A stretch of 64,000 nucleotides of DNA, from positions 57,273 to 121,272 of the forward strand of contig NMRA01000850.1 of assembly GCA_002633005.1 (NCBI GenBank), written 5' to 3'. Below, in pieces: positions 46,883-59,644 of this stretch. Every line of letters begins with the position of its first letter. Position 1 is the first letter of the stretch. The position numbers and the translations under genes are program-made. Source of the stretch: Phoronis australis (lineage: Eukaryota > Animalia > Phoronida). The notes below the pieces were generated by a model. The model did no database searches, was not told the DNA's origin, and saw nothing but the letters and a program-made list of their open reading frames with translations.

Positions 46883-49800
46883 TCTAAGCGTTGCATTTTT
46901 AATATATAGCAACAAAAATACGTCAATCCTCGTACAATTGTTGTTTTATAAAGAAATCTTACACGTAGATCTAGTGATAAGGTAGCATTTTCCCGTGCAT
47001 GACTACAACAAAAGTAACTAATTTGGTTGATAAGCGATCTTGGTGCAACAATTTGAAGTTATTCTTGGTTCAGCAACATTCATTAATACACACTTCGATA
47101 ATAGTTTTCACAAATTATCTTCATGTAAATCTGTTGTTTGTAAGCATATACATTGTTGCTAGATTGCATTTCTCCAAAAAGACGGATTACTGCTCGGACA
47201 TATAACATCAAATATTATAGCATTTATTAATTAAAGGAAAGTAACTCAAGTATAACGTGGAACTAATGGACGCACTCCGATATTTGTGAGCTATAAATTA
47301 TTCAAGCCCGAACAGAACATTTTGGTTGCACTAAAAAACAAGAGTTGACTATCAATGATTAATAGGTTTATGCAAACACGTCTGTAATTGGCAACAGTAT
47401 GTTTGTAATACACTTGGGTCGTATAACGTGCCAGAAGTTAATGAAGGGTTGAACATTTAAACATTGAAAATGATTACCGGTATCGTAAATGTGAGTGTTC
47501 ATTGAGTACTTTTTGAATGTGTAATTGATATAGATTCACAGTTCCCTTGTGTGAGCAACACACCTCAGAACATTAAAATGATTAGAAATTAATCACTGCG
47601 TTAACTGAGCCTGAAAATACGCACTGCTTTGTTACCAAGAACGATTCTACCTGGAGTACGACGGTGAGTTTGCTATTTTAGTTTCGTGTGGATACACTTT
47701 CACTCAATTAGACTCTGGAGAACAACACGCACTCGCATGAACCGGAAGATAAATGGTATTTGTCAAATACATGAAAATGACAATGATAAAATAACCACTT
47801 TTTAGTTTGCTATTGATCATCTCAGTGTACCAGTACTCATGCTTGTTTTGTCACATCAACCACTAGGTGGCGTGCAAGGATTTCACGTGTAACTTCGTGT
47901 CACGGACTGGTAACTGCCGGAATATTTTTAATAGCTTGTCATAGATCATTTACAGCTGCCGCATTCGTAAACATAGATTCTCACTTACAAACACGGCTAA
48001 CAGTCCTTGTAGGCCTACTATCCACTCACAAACACTGCTTATCGACCGCAAAACACTGCCAGACTTTCAAAACACAGCTAAAAAACATTGCTCAGTGATT
48101 GCCCAACCCAAAACATGGACAATGAATCCCGCGTCACCTTACGTGTTTGACGGTCAGCGAACCGTGTTTGTAAGTCCGGGCACGAGTTTGAGAGTCGATA
48201 ACAAAGTTCAGGTCATTCGAACAACACGGCTCATGCAGTCATGGACCTACATGTGGCTTCGCGCTCACGAAGACTGCTCGCGGCTGCACACCCCAGCAGC
48301 AAGGTTCATGTGTCCACCGTTTGCGCATATGTGAACATTTTTGCTCAGAAACGATACACTTTTCAATCACTTGATCCTCGTTATGAGCTCCTCTCTTATT
48401 CACGATACGTAACACATCTTAAAAGTGAACCTTTATTTGCTGTTGTCAATGAAAATAATAGTGACTTACTCCTTAAGGGAGTTGCACGGGCAGTTCCCTG
48501 CTATTCTCAATAATATGAAGAATTTAACTGAAGTTTAACTTTTGGTATGTATCAAAACTAACTGTATTAAGTAATGAAGACAAAATAGCAGAGGACACGA
48601 AAGTGATCACATTGAAAATTTAAGGAATGTAGTACAGTCCCTATATGGGACTGATTCAACATCCCAATCACAGCTCCGGCACTTGGATGTAAACACATTT
48701 TCTCGGACCTTGAATAACCTAAATTACAATTAAAACACAATTTTGGCTTAATTTTATCGACATCCAATAAGTAAAACCTCACTTAGTGCTTACAATTAAT
48801 GATAGGATTCATGCCATCTCAAATATCGAGGTTTGGTGACGAATAATAACTGAAAACGAGGTTAAGCAGAGTTTAGAGCAAGTACTGGAAAATAATGCAG
48901 CATTGACTGCGCATGATGTTCTTGCAGCTCTTCATTTTCTGAAAGAATAAAACTTCAAACAGCAAGACTGCCATCAAAAGCAGGTGCACATGTGCCTTCA
49001 GTTAATTAACTGCCGTTGGTGATTTAAAGTTAACTTCCGAGTAAACTTAGTTTCAAACCGTCTGACCTCCGCAAACGTACATAACATTACATTTTGTTGA
49101 GGATAGCATGACTTCAAAAGAGTTGAACAGAAGCCAAGGGCAGTTTGCACATGTCTACCGTAAATTGCGACTACATTCAAAGCTGCACTTATGCACAACT
49201 TCCGACAGCTGTTTTCCTGTTTAGTTTGCCAAAGCGCCTCTAGACCTCGCTTACGCAAACCAGTGCTTCCTGTCTTGACCACAGGCGTCCTCAGCTTATG
49301 ATCGTCCCCAATACATTATATGTATACTACAAGATATGACACTCGGGACTAGAAATTTCAAGGGTGCTTCACTTCAGCCGTCCATAGCAAACACAAAACT
49401 CAATAAATTTACACAAAACAGAGGTTCAGCAAACCATGAGGAATTGTTCTTTCTCTCAATACCATTTACGGTGTCCTGCTCCACCGAGTTTGCAAGAAAT
49501 TCGAGGACAAAGCACAAAAATCTTCCCAAAAAGCCCGTACGGACCAAATCCCGTGTCCCACGCGAGTCGGTTCCAGGTCAAGGACGGTACGGAATTATCC
49601 ACCATCTTGTTTTTCGCCACAATGGTTATCGGTTGAAAAACTAGCGCCCCAAGCGGCGAATAAGCAACACTAATTTAGAGGCGGAGTCCGAACTATGTAA
49701 ACACTGAGAAATTCATACGTTCGACGTGCAATAAAATCACTGTGTTTGAAGATGGGTGAAATACGTAAGCTAACATTCACTTATAATCGAATGAGAATGA

Positions 49801-51224
49801 AAATGTATGTTTTAATCAATATTAAAGTGTATTTGCTTTCATCCCTTCAAAAGCCATCATTATTTTGTTTCTTGTTTGAGTTCTTAATAAGGCAAATTAT
49901 CGAAAGTTCCTTATAACATTTCATACCTCCACGGACTACATAGTTTTACTGATTGCTCCTGGGGGTTCAGAGGAAAGATGTCCCCAAATGCCCGCAAAGG
50001 GGGTACAAGGGAGTAGTGAAAACCAGGTAAAAACCAGGTGGGTGCCAAGTGGGTGTTGACCCCCTCCCAGGGGGTACATGGGAGGAGTGCTAAACAAGTA
50101 AAAACCAATGGATGTAAAGCCCCTTACATCGTCACAAATTTTGGTTGCTCACCTGACCATTGACTACATGTGCTGAGGTGGTGATAAGATTTGGCCCTCG
50201 TTTTGTGTATTGGACCCCCCAAGGACATTTTGGAATGACCGATGGCCAGGGCCCTGTGGTTATGTCAGTACCATCCTGGGTGTTTTCCAACTTTTCATTA
50301 CATGGTGCTCCTAGCTCACTGAAGAAGAATGCAAGGCAATTCATCACTATCACAACATTGTAATCCTTTCTGATGCTCTCTCACACGTACTTTTTAGAAC
50401 ATTCCAGTATTTCTTAGTGCTATGCCAGTACAGGGTAAATTCCCCACTCCCTCACTATAATCACCAATAGTTACAAGTCAGTTGCTAATCTGTAGAATAG
50501 CTCACAACTTACAAAATGTATTAACATTGAGTATATCATTACTCATAGCTGGTCAACGTTCAAAATGACATGATAAAATATTTTAAGAGGTACTGAACAG
50601 CAATCAAAATATTCACTACCCATACAACTTCATACAAAACTGAACTAAAGGACCAAAATTTAATGACATATACCCACTGTTCCTCCTATCAATAACAGTA
50701 AATATTTCAGGTAAGTTACAGCCTGATCACGAGATCATATCTGCTACCTAGCCGCAACTGGGGTTTAAATTAATCATAATCTCCAAAAACGTACAAAATA
50801 GACAACACATACACCAAGACAACAAGAAAATCTGACCTAGTTTCTCACTCTCTATTAATTTGCTAGTAAAATAATACAGCTCTTTTCGCTAAAGAAATGC
50901 GTTATAAATAAAGCTGAAAATTAATTTACTCACAGAGATATTTGTCATCAAGAAGCAAACTAATTCTGATAGCTTGATTTTATCAAAATTTCAGCCCTCC
51001 ATTCATACTCTGAAAGATCCACCAATTTCACTTTGACTCTCCGAGTCACAAGCTTACCTTTCATAAAATGTTTCAATCTGATCAACCTAGTAAAAATTTG
51101 AAAAAAAGGTTTTGACCAATTGTCCTTTCTACACGTGATGTCCAAGTAAATACTTGTTTTGTGAGACAATAATCAGACATGCAAATAACTCTATTCCCGA
51201 GCCGTAATGCACATAATTTCGGGA

Positions 51225-51416
51225 GAACGTTTTGACATCTTCATTTTTGGTGGATTCAGGACATCAAATATTGTTGGCACTGCATCCATACCAGCTTGTT
51301 CTTCATAAGAGCATTCCTGAATATGAACTCCTCGAAGTGACGAGAGCATACCTTTCATTTCTTGGACAAGTAGGCTGCATCTCTATTCATAAGTTCGGTT
51401 CCCAGCGCTTGCACCT
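51225..51416 (-). pseudogene. THAP zinc-finger domain remnant (THAP9/P-element- or THAP12-type), probably transposon-derived
   Basis: With two frameshifts and one stop: RCKRW / LMNRDAAYLSKK*KVCSRHFEEFIFRNALMKNKLV / WDAVPTIFDVLNPPK. W, CxxHF and the AVPTIF box are in the right order; acceptor-like gatttctgtttgag precedes it. Confidence 0.8.
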
Positions 51417-54400
51417 CAAACAGAAATCAATGAGAGACTCAGGAACAAACCTCATACTAGGCTCATAGAAGACTGGTAGCTTACACTTCATAACACTACA
51501 ATAGTCCTGTCGTACTGTACCTGTGATAGAGACAAAACCGTCTTGGTGTCAACTAAAAAACTAGGACTCAAATGTCGATCCAGGGATTTTTTAGGGCCGC
51601 GCTTCGCATTATTGGCGCATAGAATTAAGTTTTCATTGAAGCACCGGTGTTGCTTAACTTGGACCAACTGGCACATTAAAATTATGTCGATTTTTTCACC
51701 GAGACCCACAGATTCTCTAACTTGACAAATAGTCATAGATATAGATTTGTGGCCTGTGGCTGTGACTGTGGCCGCGTCACCAGTCGTATTGACCCATGGC
51801 CATGGGTATGTTTTTCTACACTGCAGACGACAGTGGCACCGGGACTGTTGTCGACGTGTCTTCCAACCGAGAACAGAACACACAAAATGGGTACCCTTCA
51901 GACAAGTGGAAGTCGGCAAACTCAAGCTCTAGTTGGGAATGACACATTTTATTCTAAATTTCTGAAACCTAGAGTGCAAGAGCATTTGGATTCTTGCATC
52001 TTCTCCTGCACACGGGCTGTCGTAAATTTATGGGTTTACATGTAGGTACAAAAAACCCAAATCGTAACTTTTTGATCATTTTTGGGTTCATTACTTTCCA
52101 GTGGACGTAGAAAGGCATTAAGACATAGCTCTGTTGAATTTCTCCATCTGTGAGAAACGCCATTGAGTGTGCGCTCTGTAAGTTATACCTTTTTCAGGTG
52201 TCTTGAGACAGCTTGAAAACAAGGGCTTTCATTGAACCAGACCAGTGACAATAAGGGTTGTCAAAGGACGATTTTCAACATTTGGTCACGTAAATTGTAC
52301 TGGTAAGGGACCAAATAACATTTAAATGGACAATTAAAGTATGAACTTGTTGAGATCTTTGGTTTTCAGTATATTTTCGCTCAAAAGTTATTGTCACCTC
52401 TCAGCACTAACTGGTTTTAGCCATCAAGGATCAAAAGGAGAGTCTTCTTATGATTCCTAGCTCTGAATCTAGAGACTCCATCTTTGTCCCGCTGAAGTTG
52501 AAAGACCCAAACCCCTGGAAAATTTCTTTTTTATTGTTTCGATTTTTTGTTTACTTCGCCAACGGGTTCAGTTTGCTTTCAACCCTTGTCGCTAGTCTCC
52601 TGCACAGACCCTCGAGGTTGGTTGGGGTCTGCTACAGCGCACTTTTCCATATGCATTCTTGGAATATCATTGGCTGTTCCGATTTCAAGAAACAAGGCAT
52701 TCTATTGGTCAGTTGAATAATAGGTCAAACTAGTTCACTAACATGGCGACTTCCAGTACGGGAAGAATGTCGATGGATTTATAGCTGTTTAAACCTCTCT
52801 GTTCTCGTCAAACTTCCGCATTTCAAAGCTAACGAGTCAAGGAATATATCAGCAGTAACGTATACGAAACATTTAATGATAATTATTATCTTGTATACTA
52901 TGCTGTATTCTGAAGTGATGTGATTTTTTACGAAATAATTTGTGGAAGAGATAGGCTGATTAGGGGATTAGGCCATTCACAACAACACTGAACAACAGTC
53001 ATTTTAGGCACACTATAGCACCGAATAGCGGGAAAGGAGTAGCTAAGTGCGTCGTGGCCACGGGAGATTGCCTCGATCTTTTCAGGGCACACCCTCTCGT
53101 ATGTTAACATGTTCATGTACGTTATGTAAGCTCCCGTGATTACCGTGAAGGTTGAATTATTGGGTCAGATAAGATCTGATAAGGATATGTGCTGAAATAC
53201 TGCTATTCATGACATTGACATTGTCATTGTAATGTATAGTACACTGGCACACTTGTCACTACCCACAGAAGTTAGGAGCATAAAAAATACAGTCAATGGT
53301 CCTAAACACTCAAACATTAACCAGTCTAGCAATAGTTTTATAATGACTGACATCGCTTTTGTCGGTGCCATTCAGCAGTGCCTCTGTCTCTGACTGCCAT
53401 ACTACAGTCGTACAAAGTATTCAATTATTTCAGAGGGTGTTTGTTTTTGTGAAATTAGGATTAAACACACTCTTTTGTATAGTCAGCAAGATAAAACCTC
53501 ACCCTTTTTTGAGTTGGCACAGTGATTAAAAATGACCCATTTTGGTGAGAGCCTCAATAGAAGAATCAACTTTTCTGATAACATAATTATGCAAAGTTAT
53601 TATTTACAGGGAATTGAATTTCAGCAAAAAGCTCTCTGGGCTGTATTCTTTTTAAAACAACAAACCTCAGTTGCATATGAAACCTTCAGTGGTTTCGGCG
53701 CTAAAATGGATCATTTTGTACAGACCAAAAAGTAAATATTTTTGTGTGGAATTTATTTGGAAATTCACCCTTTCATGGTGACTTTTGCAATTCCCAAGTC
53801 ACTGGTCAGAGTGTCACATTTGGTCATATGAAATCTATGCAAGTCTCCTCTTTCCTGGACCCCGAATGGTCGACTGTTTCATTTTTTCTTTCCACGTTCA
53901 CATGATGTCAAGTGTAGTAGAGTTTGCAACAATCATCTATTAATATCAGTCTAATTGCAAAACAAGATCTCAGAACCATTCTAAAACATTCTGAAACTAC
54001 TAAGGTTCGCTGTAATCAAAGCATCCTGGAGTTAGACATTGTAAGCAAGCGATCTTTAAAAACCTGGTTTGTTAAAATGACTATTAGTTGCAAAAACATC
54101 TCACATTTCAAAATTGGGAGCTCAGGGTACTTCAAAGATTTTAAGCTGGGTCACTTAACCCAAATTGACAGTTTCTTGTGCGTTACTTGGGTGGAATTGC
54201 TGTCCAGGCAATAGTCACTCACTAGCAATCCAAATTTTGAGAACAAGTTTTAACGCCTGCTATTCAGTGAAAAATAGGTTCCTGTTATACAGTAGAAAAC
54301 ACTGGATCTCAAAGTGGGGGTATGTTACTATTACCATTATGTTTTGCTCAGTGAGCAACATGCTAGTGTTTCATTCTTGTGATCTACATAATACAGCAGT

Positions 54401-57151
54401 GATTTTAGTCAACATTTCGGTCTTTTCGAACAGTTTTTCAAAATTAACAAATTTGACTCTTAATGAGGGGGCCTCCTCGTGGCAAGAGTTGGGCAGTGTG
54501 AAATGCTTCAGAACATTCGCACTGGCAAACACCCTCACGTTGACATCATTAATGTGTTCCTAGAAATAGTATAACCATAAGGTACAAAACACGCAGCATG
54601 CCAAGAAATTTATCAAACCATTGGGAACTTTATTTTGCTGATGTATTGATAAGAAATATGGTTTAGTTTAGCGATAGACTGAAGTACTAAGTCTGGGCAT
54701 TAACATAGCCGTGGGTGCACAACAGGGCTATCCCCTCCTCATTGCAAACCCTTCTCCTGATAGAAACTCTTTTCAGTTTTATTCTTGCCTAGCTTCCGTG
54801 TCCCTGTCCCCTGTTCATGCAGTGCTTCCAAGTTGCCTCACATTACAGTCATTGGTTGCCAACAATTTCAAGTTAAGCAACCTGTTGAATAATTCTGACT
54901 ACACCAGTGCTGCTATGGGAATAGGTTACTAAAGACCCGACTGCCATTCAAGTTGCACATTCCCTGCCTTGTGAAAGCATAAACCATTATGAAATTAACA
55001 CCTGGGCCCTGAGTTTCAACTTTTTACTCAGAATTATTTTTGTTATTTTCTATTCTAGTCTTGTTTGAACTTGAGATAAGTTTCTTTTATTCTATGTGTT
55101 TATCAATGTCAATTAATGATCCCAGCATTAGAGCTAAGAGCTCGAGTAAGAGGTTTTGCTAGAAATCTCGAGTTTTTACTCAAATTTTAGCTTGAATCTA
55201 GTGGTCATTAAGTACTAGCTTGATCTCCCAAGAAAGTGGACTAGAAGTGACAAAACGATTTCGAGTTCGATTTGGATTGAAAGTTTCACTCTAGAGGTGT
55301 ATTCCCAAAACATGATTGCATAATCCCTTTTCAGGGTTTTAAATCAATCCATACAAGACTGGGCTGGAATCTGTTTAGCCCAAAAAGCATTTAAATGCTA
55401 CGTGGAGAATAATAAAACATCTGTACTAAACTGTGTTGAAAAAATGAACCCTTTTGAAGTTCCTTATCCACTAATTGTACCATTTTTCTAGCTGCTATTA
55501 ACCCAACCTCTTTTTAGAATCGTCATGTAACAATATAAGATTGGTCTGGTACAAACAATGTTGTTTTTGGCCAAATTAGTAGCAAAAATCAGAAGCACTC
55601 ACATGAAGATTGGCATTGGATTTGGATACTAGTGTCTGATGTCACTCTTCATGTGTGCGCTTGTGATTAGACTCTTGATCTTGTACTGTTCCTTACTGAG
55701 ATCACATGTGGTATATCGGCTTCGGTTGAACTGATAGTTTGTTACTGCTGAAAAACTGGTGCAATAACTATGGCTTTGAGCAATAACAAAGTTTGAATTC
55801 TTCCAAGTCCACTAAGGAACAAGTTGAGACAGGGATATATACAGGGCTTGGAATTTTCCTTTTTTGTTTTTATTTCCTCTTATTCGATTTCCAGCTTCTT
55901 TTTTATCATCATTTTTTGGCTAACTTGATTCATGCAAAAACATTTATTTCAGTTTAATTTTACAACACAAAAATATTTCTATCACACAAGCCTATTTGTG
56001 AAATTATAGATCACCTGGAAATTTTTCTTCTTATAGTCATTCCAATTCCTGTATATAGTGGTAAGTTGTTCAGATCAAAATTTATTCTTTTTCACATAAG
56101 ACGCATTTATAGCAACTTTAAGGGATTTAATTCGAAGGAAATCTGGAAGCTAGAAGACACTGTCTGATAAGCACATTCTAAAATAAAAATTGTGCTTGTA
56201 CTTTCCAAGANGTTTTTTAAATACGATACCTGTATTTTTAAAACCTTGGACACCATACTCAGTTTTGACAACAGGAATCTCTGAGCCGACTTCTTCAAGG
56301 TTAATGGGTGAAAAAGACAGCTGTCCAAGAATTGCTACGAAAGGATTCAGTTGTTAGCATTAGCTCCTATAAAATGAGTGTGTATTTGAAACATTAGGCT
56401 ACAATTTTATTGAAGTCCAAACCTCGGACCACAAACATAATGTTTTTTTTTAGCCACTGTCTAAATGGGTGGAGATTCTTCTAGTACCAGATATGCAAAA
56501 AACTAAAGGTTAGGGCCCATTTGGAACACCTCTCGGGTATTTTCATAGCTACAAATTTACCCTCGGAACATCTGGAGCACCTCGGCTATTTTCCTACTTA
56601 CATGTACAAATAATTTTTCTTAGAAACACTTCAGGTATTTTCGTAGCCTCAATTATCCTCTCGGAGATGAATGTTATCCAAAATATGGCAAGTCACATGA
56701 TTTTCAATATTGACAATAATAGGCTAACTGAAGTCCGCACACATGCAGAGAGCGTTCACCTATTAGGTGAAATTTGAGGTTATGAAAACACCCGAGGTGT
56801 TCTGGATGCCCTTGGAAGTTAATGTTTTCAGTGCATGCTCGAACTTTATGGCCAATCATTCTCCACTAAGTTTGATAATCACAAAGGTTAAATTCACCTT
56901 CAATGAGAAGTTTGAGGTCCCGAATATACCCAAGGTGATCTGAATGGCTTAGGACCCTCAAGTTGTGCAGGGTCCCACCTCAAAAAGGGAAATGGGGAAG
57001 AAAAAATTAGTATGTCAACGAGGTGAGGGGTGTAGCTTGAGAATTTTGGCTACCTGAAGGGTCGAAAATTGTGTTGTTCCAGGAGGTGAAGACTGTGTAG
57101 GCTGCAAAGTGGTGGAAATTGAGTGCCAGCAGTGTTTACTGTAACACTGTA

Positions 57152-57313
57152 CAAAGACGGATAGGGGGAAGGGGGGTATGCGGCAAGGGAGCCATGGCCC
57201 TGCCTAAAATTCTCCCAGATTCCATTTGGTAGTTTGGGGGTGCAAATGTCTGACGGGCAAAATACTCTGTCCTTGGCCCACCCCCCTCACTCAAAATCCT
57301 GGATCATCCCCTG
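57152..57313. mobile_element. MITE family A copy 3 (more diverged)
   Basis: Shares CCATGGCCC..CCTAAAATTCTCCCAGATTCCATTTGG..AAAATCCTG; flanked by CTGTA/CTGTA. Confidence 0.8.
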
Positions 57314-59493
57314 CTGTAAGATCTTGCAGCAGGGGAGGGGCCAGGATTTCGGATGTTTTCAATTCGTAAAAAGCGTTCAAAAATGAAACTGAAAAATGCC
57401 AAGTGAAAAGAGTGAAGCCATTGTTAATTCAGGTTTATTTTCCTTATAAGTAATCGATAATTACATGATTTTACTTCAGTTATTTGGTAATATCACAACA
57501 TATAAACAGTTACCTCACCAGAGCGTTCCCCCCGACCGCAAACGCGACCCAGTCGCAAAATAACTTTACTCTAGGGACACCTAGCGACCTGATAACGTAA
57601 TACCCGATGCCAGCATGCGCAGAGCAAACTTCCTGGTTAAAAATTGCCATCTGACAGCCAATGAAAACCATCGTTCTAGTGCGCTGTACCTGGGCCTTCA
57701 CAAGCAATCCGTGACGTCAGCTTGTGAGGCCCGGGAACCAGGTTACCCTTGTCGCCTGCTGTTTGAGAAACCGGGTAAGATTTCAGGTGGTTGTAAAACA
57801 CTTTAAAATTGCCAAGTGGCAGCTGATTAGGAGCGTATTATGTTCACATTTTTAGAATCTAGAGAGAACGAGGATTCTAAATCTGCAGTCAGATTTGTTT
57901 TAGCATTTGCTGGGAAGTGAGTGGTAATTTTGGAGAGATAACTGTCAAATTTGATGTTTTTGGTCCTATTTCTCTATGCCGGAATTTCTTTTGCTGTGAA
58001 TTAATCGATTAAAAATCTGTAGCATAATTAAGTTTCAGTTTTCATAAGTAGTACTTGTAAACTGAGAATGTCACAAAACCCTCTGTTTTCTCAGGCTCTT
58101 GATAAGGACGGGAGGAAAGGACTCATTTCCAGTTAGGTGTGCGTCGCCGGGAAGCCAAATCCCTGCAATAACTGTAGTGAGCCACTTCCCAGACACCCTC
58201 GACGACTACCCTTGTACCCAGTGAAATATGAAAACTAGGTCAGCAGGTGTGTTGAAATTGATTAAATCAACGTTTCACAAAACACAGTCGCTTACAGCAC
58301 GCCAACTGTTACAAATTCTCAAGCCTTGAGAGTTGCAAATTTATGTGTGCACCAACACTTTCAGAAATCACATCTTACAGTTTCAGAACTCAAAAAATGT
58401 GTTGAAAAGTCAAATCAACGGATTTAAACGCGCAGTATAACGCTTTTTGATTTCTGGGTTTGTCATTCTTTTGCTTGAGTGTTTTATGTATTCTTCAATA
58501 AATATATATCACCTTAAAAACGCACAGTATCTATTATATATCAAGTGTATTTTTCTTCCAGCATTGTTGAGTTATTTCAAATTTAAGTCATAATTATTGC
58601 CAATGCAAAATCCCGGCTTCATACGTCAGGATGCAGCTGTAATTTATGAACAAGAACGCACTTTTGTTCTCAAAACTGAAAACTGATTTATAACGAAAAT
58701 GCAGATGTTGTCTACAGTTGCCCTACATAGGCAGATTTACGGGCACCCAGGTAACCCCCTACATGTACGTACACAACATTCGAACGCTGCAGGGCCACGG
58801 GATATAGGGCAAGGGAACTATATCACCCTCAGCGCATGTTTAAGATAAGTTCTTGTCCGCTCGTGGTGCGCTTTTCGTTCCCATCTTTCAAAGGATTTTG
58901 AATTTATCTAAGGCTTATAATATTTTCAATGCCGTCTAGTTTGTACCGCTATTTTTTACATTGAGGTTATTTGGGACCCTAACAATATGTGCATTTGGGT
59001 TATTTTGAAACATCATATCTCAAAAATAGCCAATGAGATTCAAATGAAAAAGACACTTAGCCTCATGCATTGTTCTCCAAAACGAGGTTAGGGATTGGTT
59101 TTAAATTGATCTACTTTTACACGAAGGGCCATAAAAAGTAGGACGAATGTGATTTTGATGAAAAAAATCAAAAGTTGAATGAAACGAAAATGAAACGATG
59201 ATTTAGAAAACAGATGCGTTACGGAGTGCTTTGCGATACCATCTTGAACATTTGTGTGACTCAAACTAAATTTGTTCACGTTATTGATGCCCTTGTTTTG
59301 CAATCTCTTTTTTATTGTTAAATTTTACGAAAAAGACATGGTCACGTGTTCCAGTCAATGACGTATTGGTATTGAGTCAAAATCTAATTAATGTGGCTTA
59401 CGCATACATGTAGTTTCCTTTTCGTCGGTGGAACATGTGCTTGTGCCGCATATCATTACTGTCGCTACATGTATTAACCATAATATTTTGATA

Positions 59494-59644
59494 AAAACAA
59501 CATCGGATTTAAACCGGCTTGACATGTTTATTGAAACTCCGTCATCAGAAGAAAAAGACACAGTGGCCACCTTGCTAAGCCCATCAACGAGTAATGAAAC
59601 ACAGACACAGTCAGCCACAAGGAGTAACAATACACTAGACTAAC
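59494..59644 (-). mobile_element. Diverged solo 3' end of the same Penelope family with a degenerate hammerhead
   Basis: Aligns to 37287..37445 (CTTGACATGTTT, CAGTGGCCACCT, GTAATGAA.CACAGA.ACAGTCAG). On - reads CUGAUGA-C-GGAGUUUCAAU-AAACAUGUC-AAG, with the 3' strand of stem II and G12 lost. Confidence 0.75.

Noticed and set aside
52750-54900. Possible Harbinger-type transposase remnants on -
   Set aside because: Only vague similarity across many stops; no motif order I could defend without a search.
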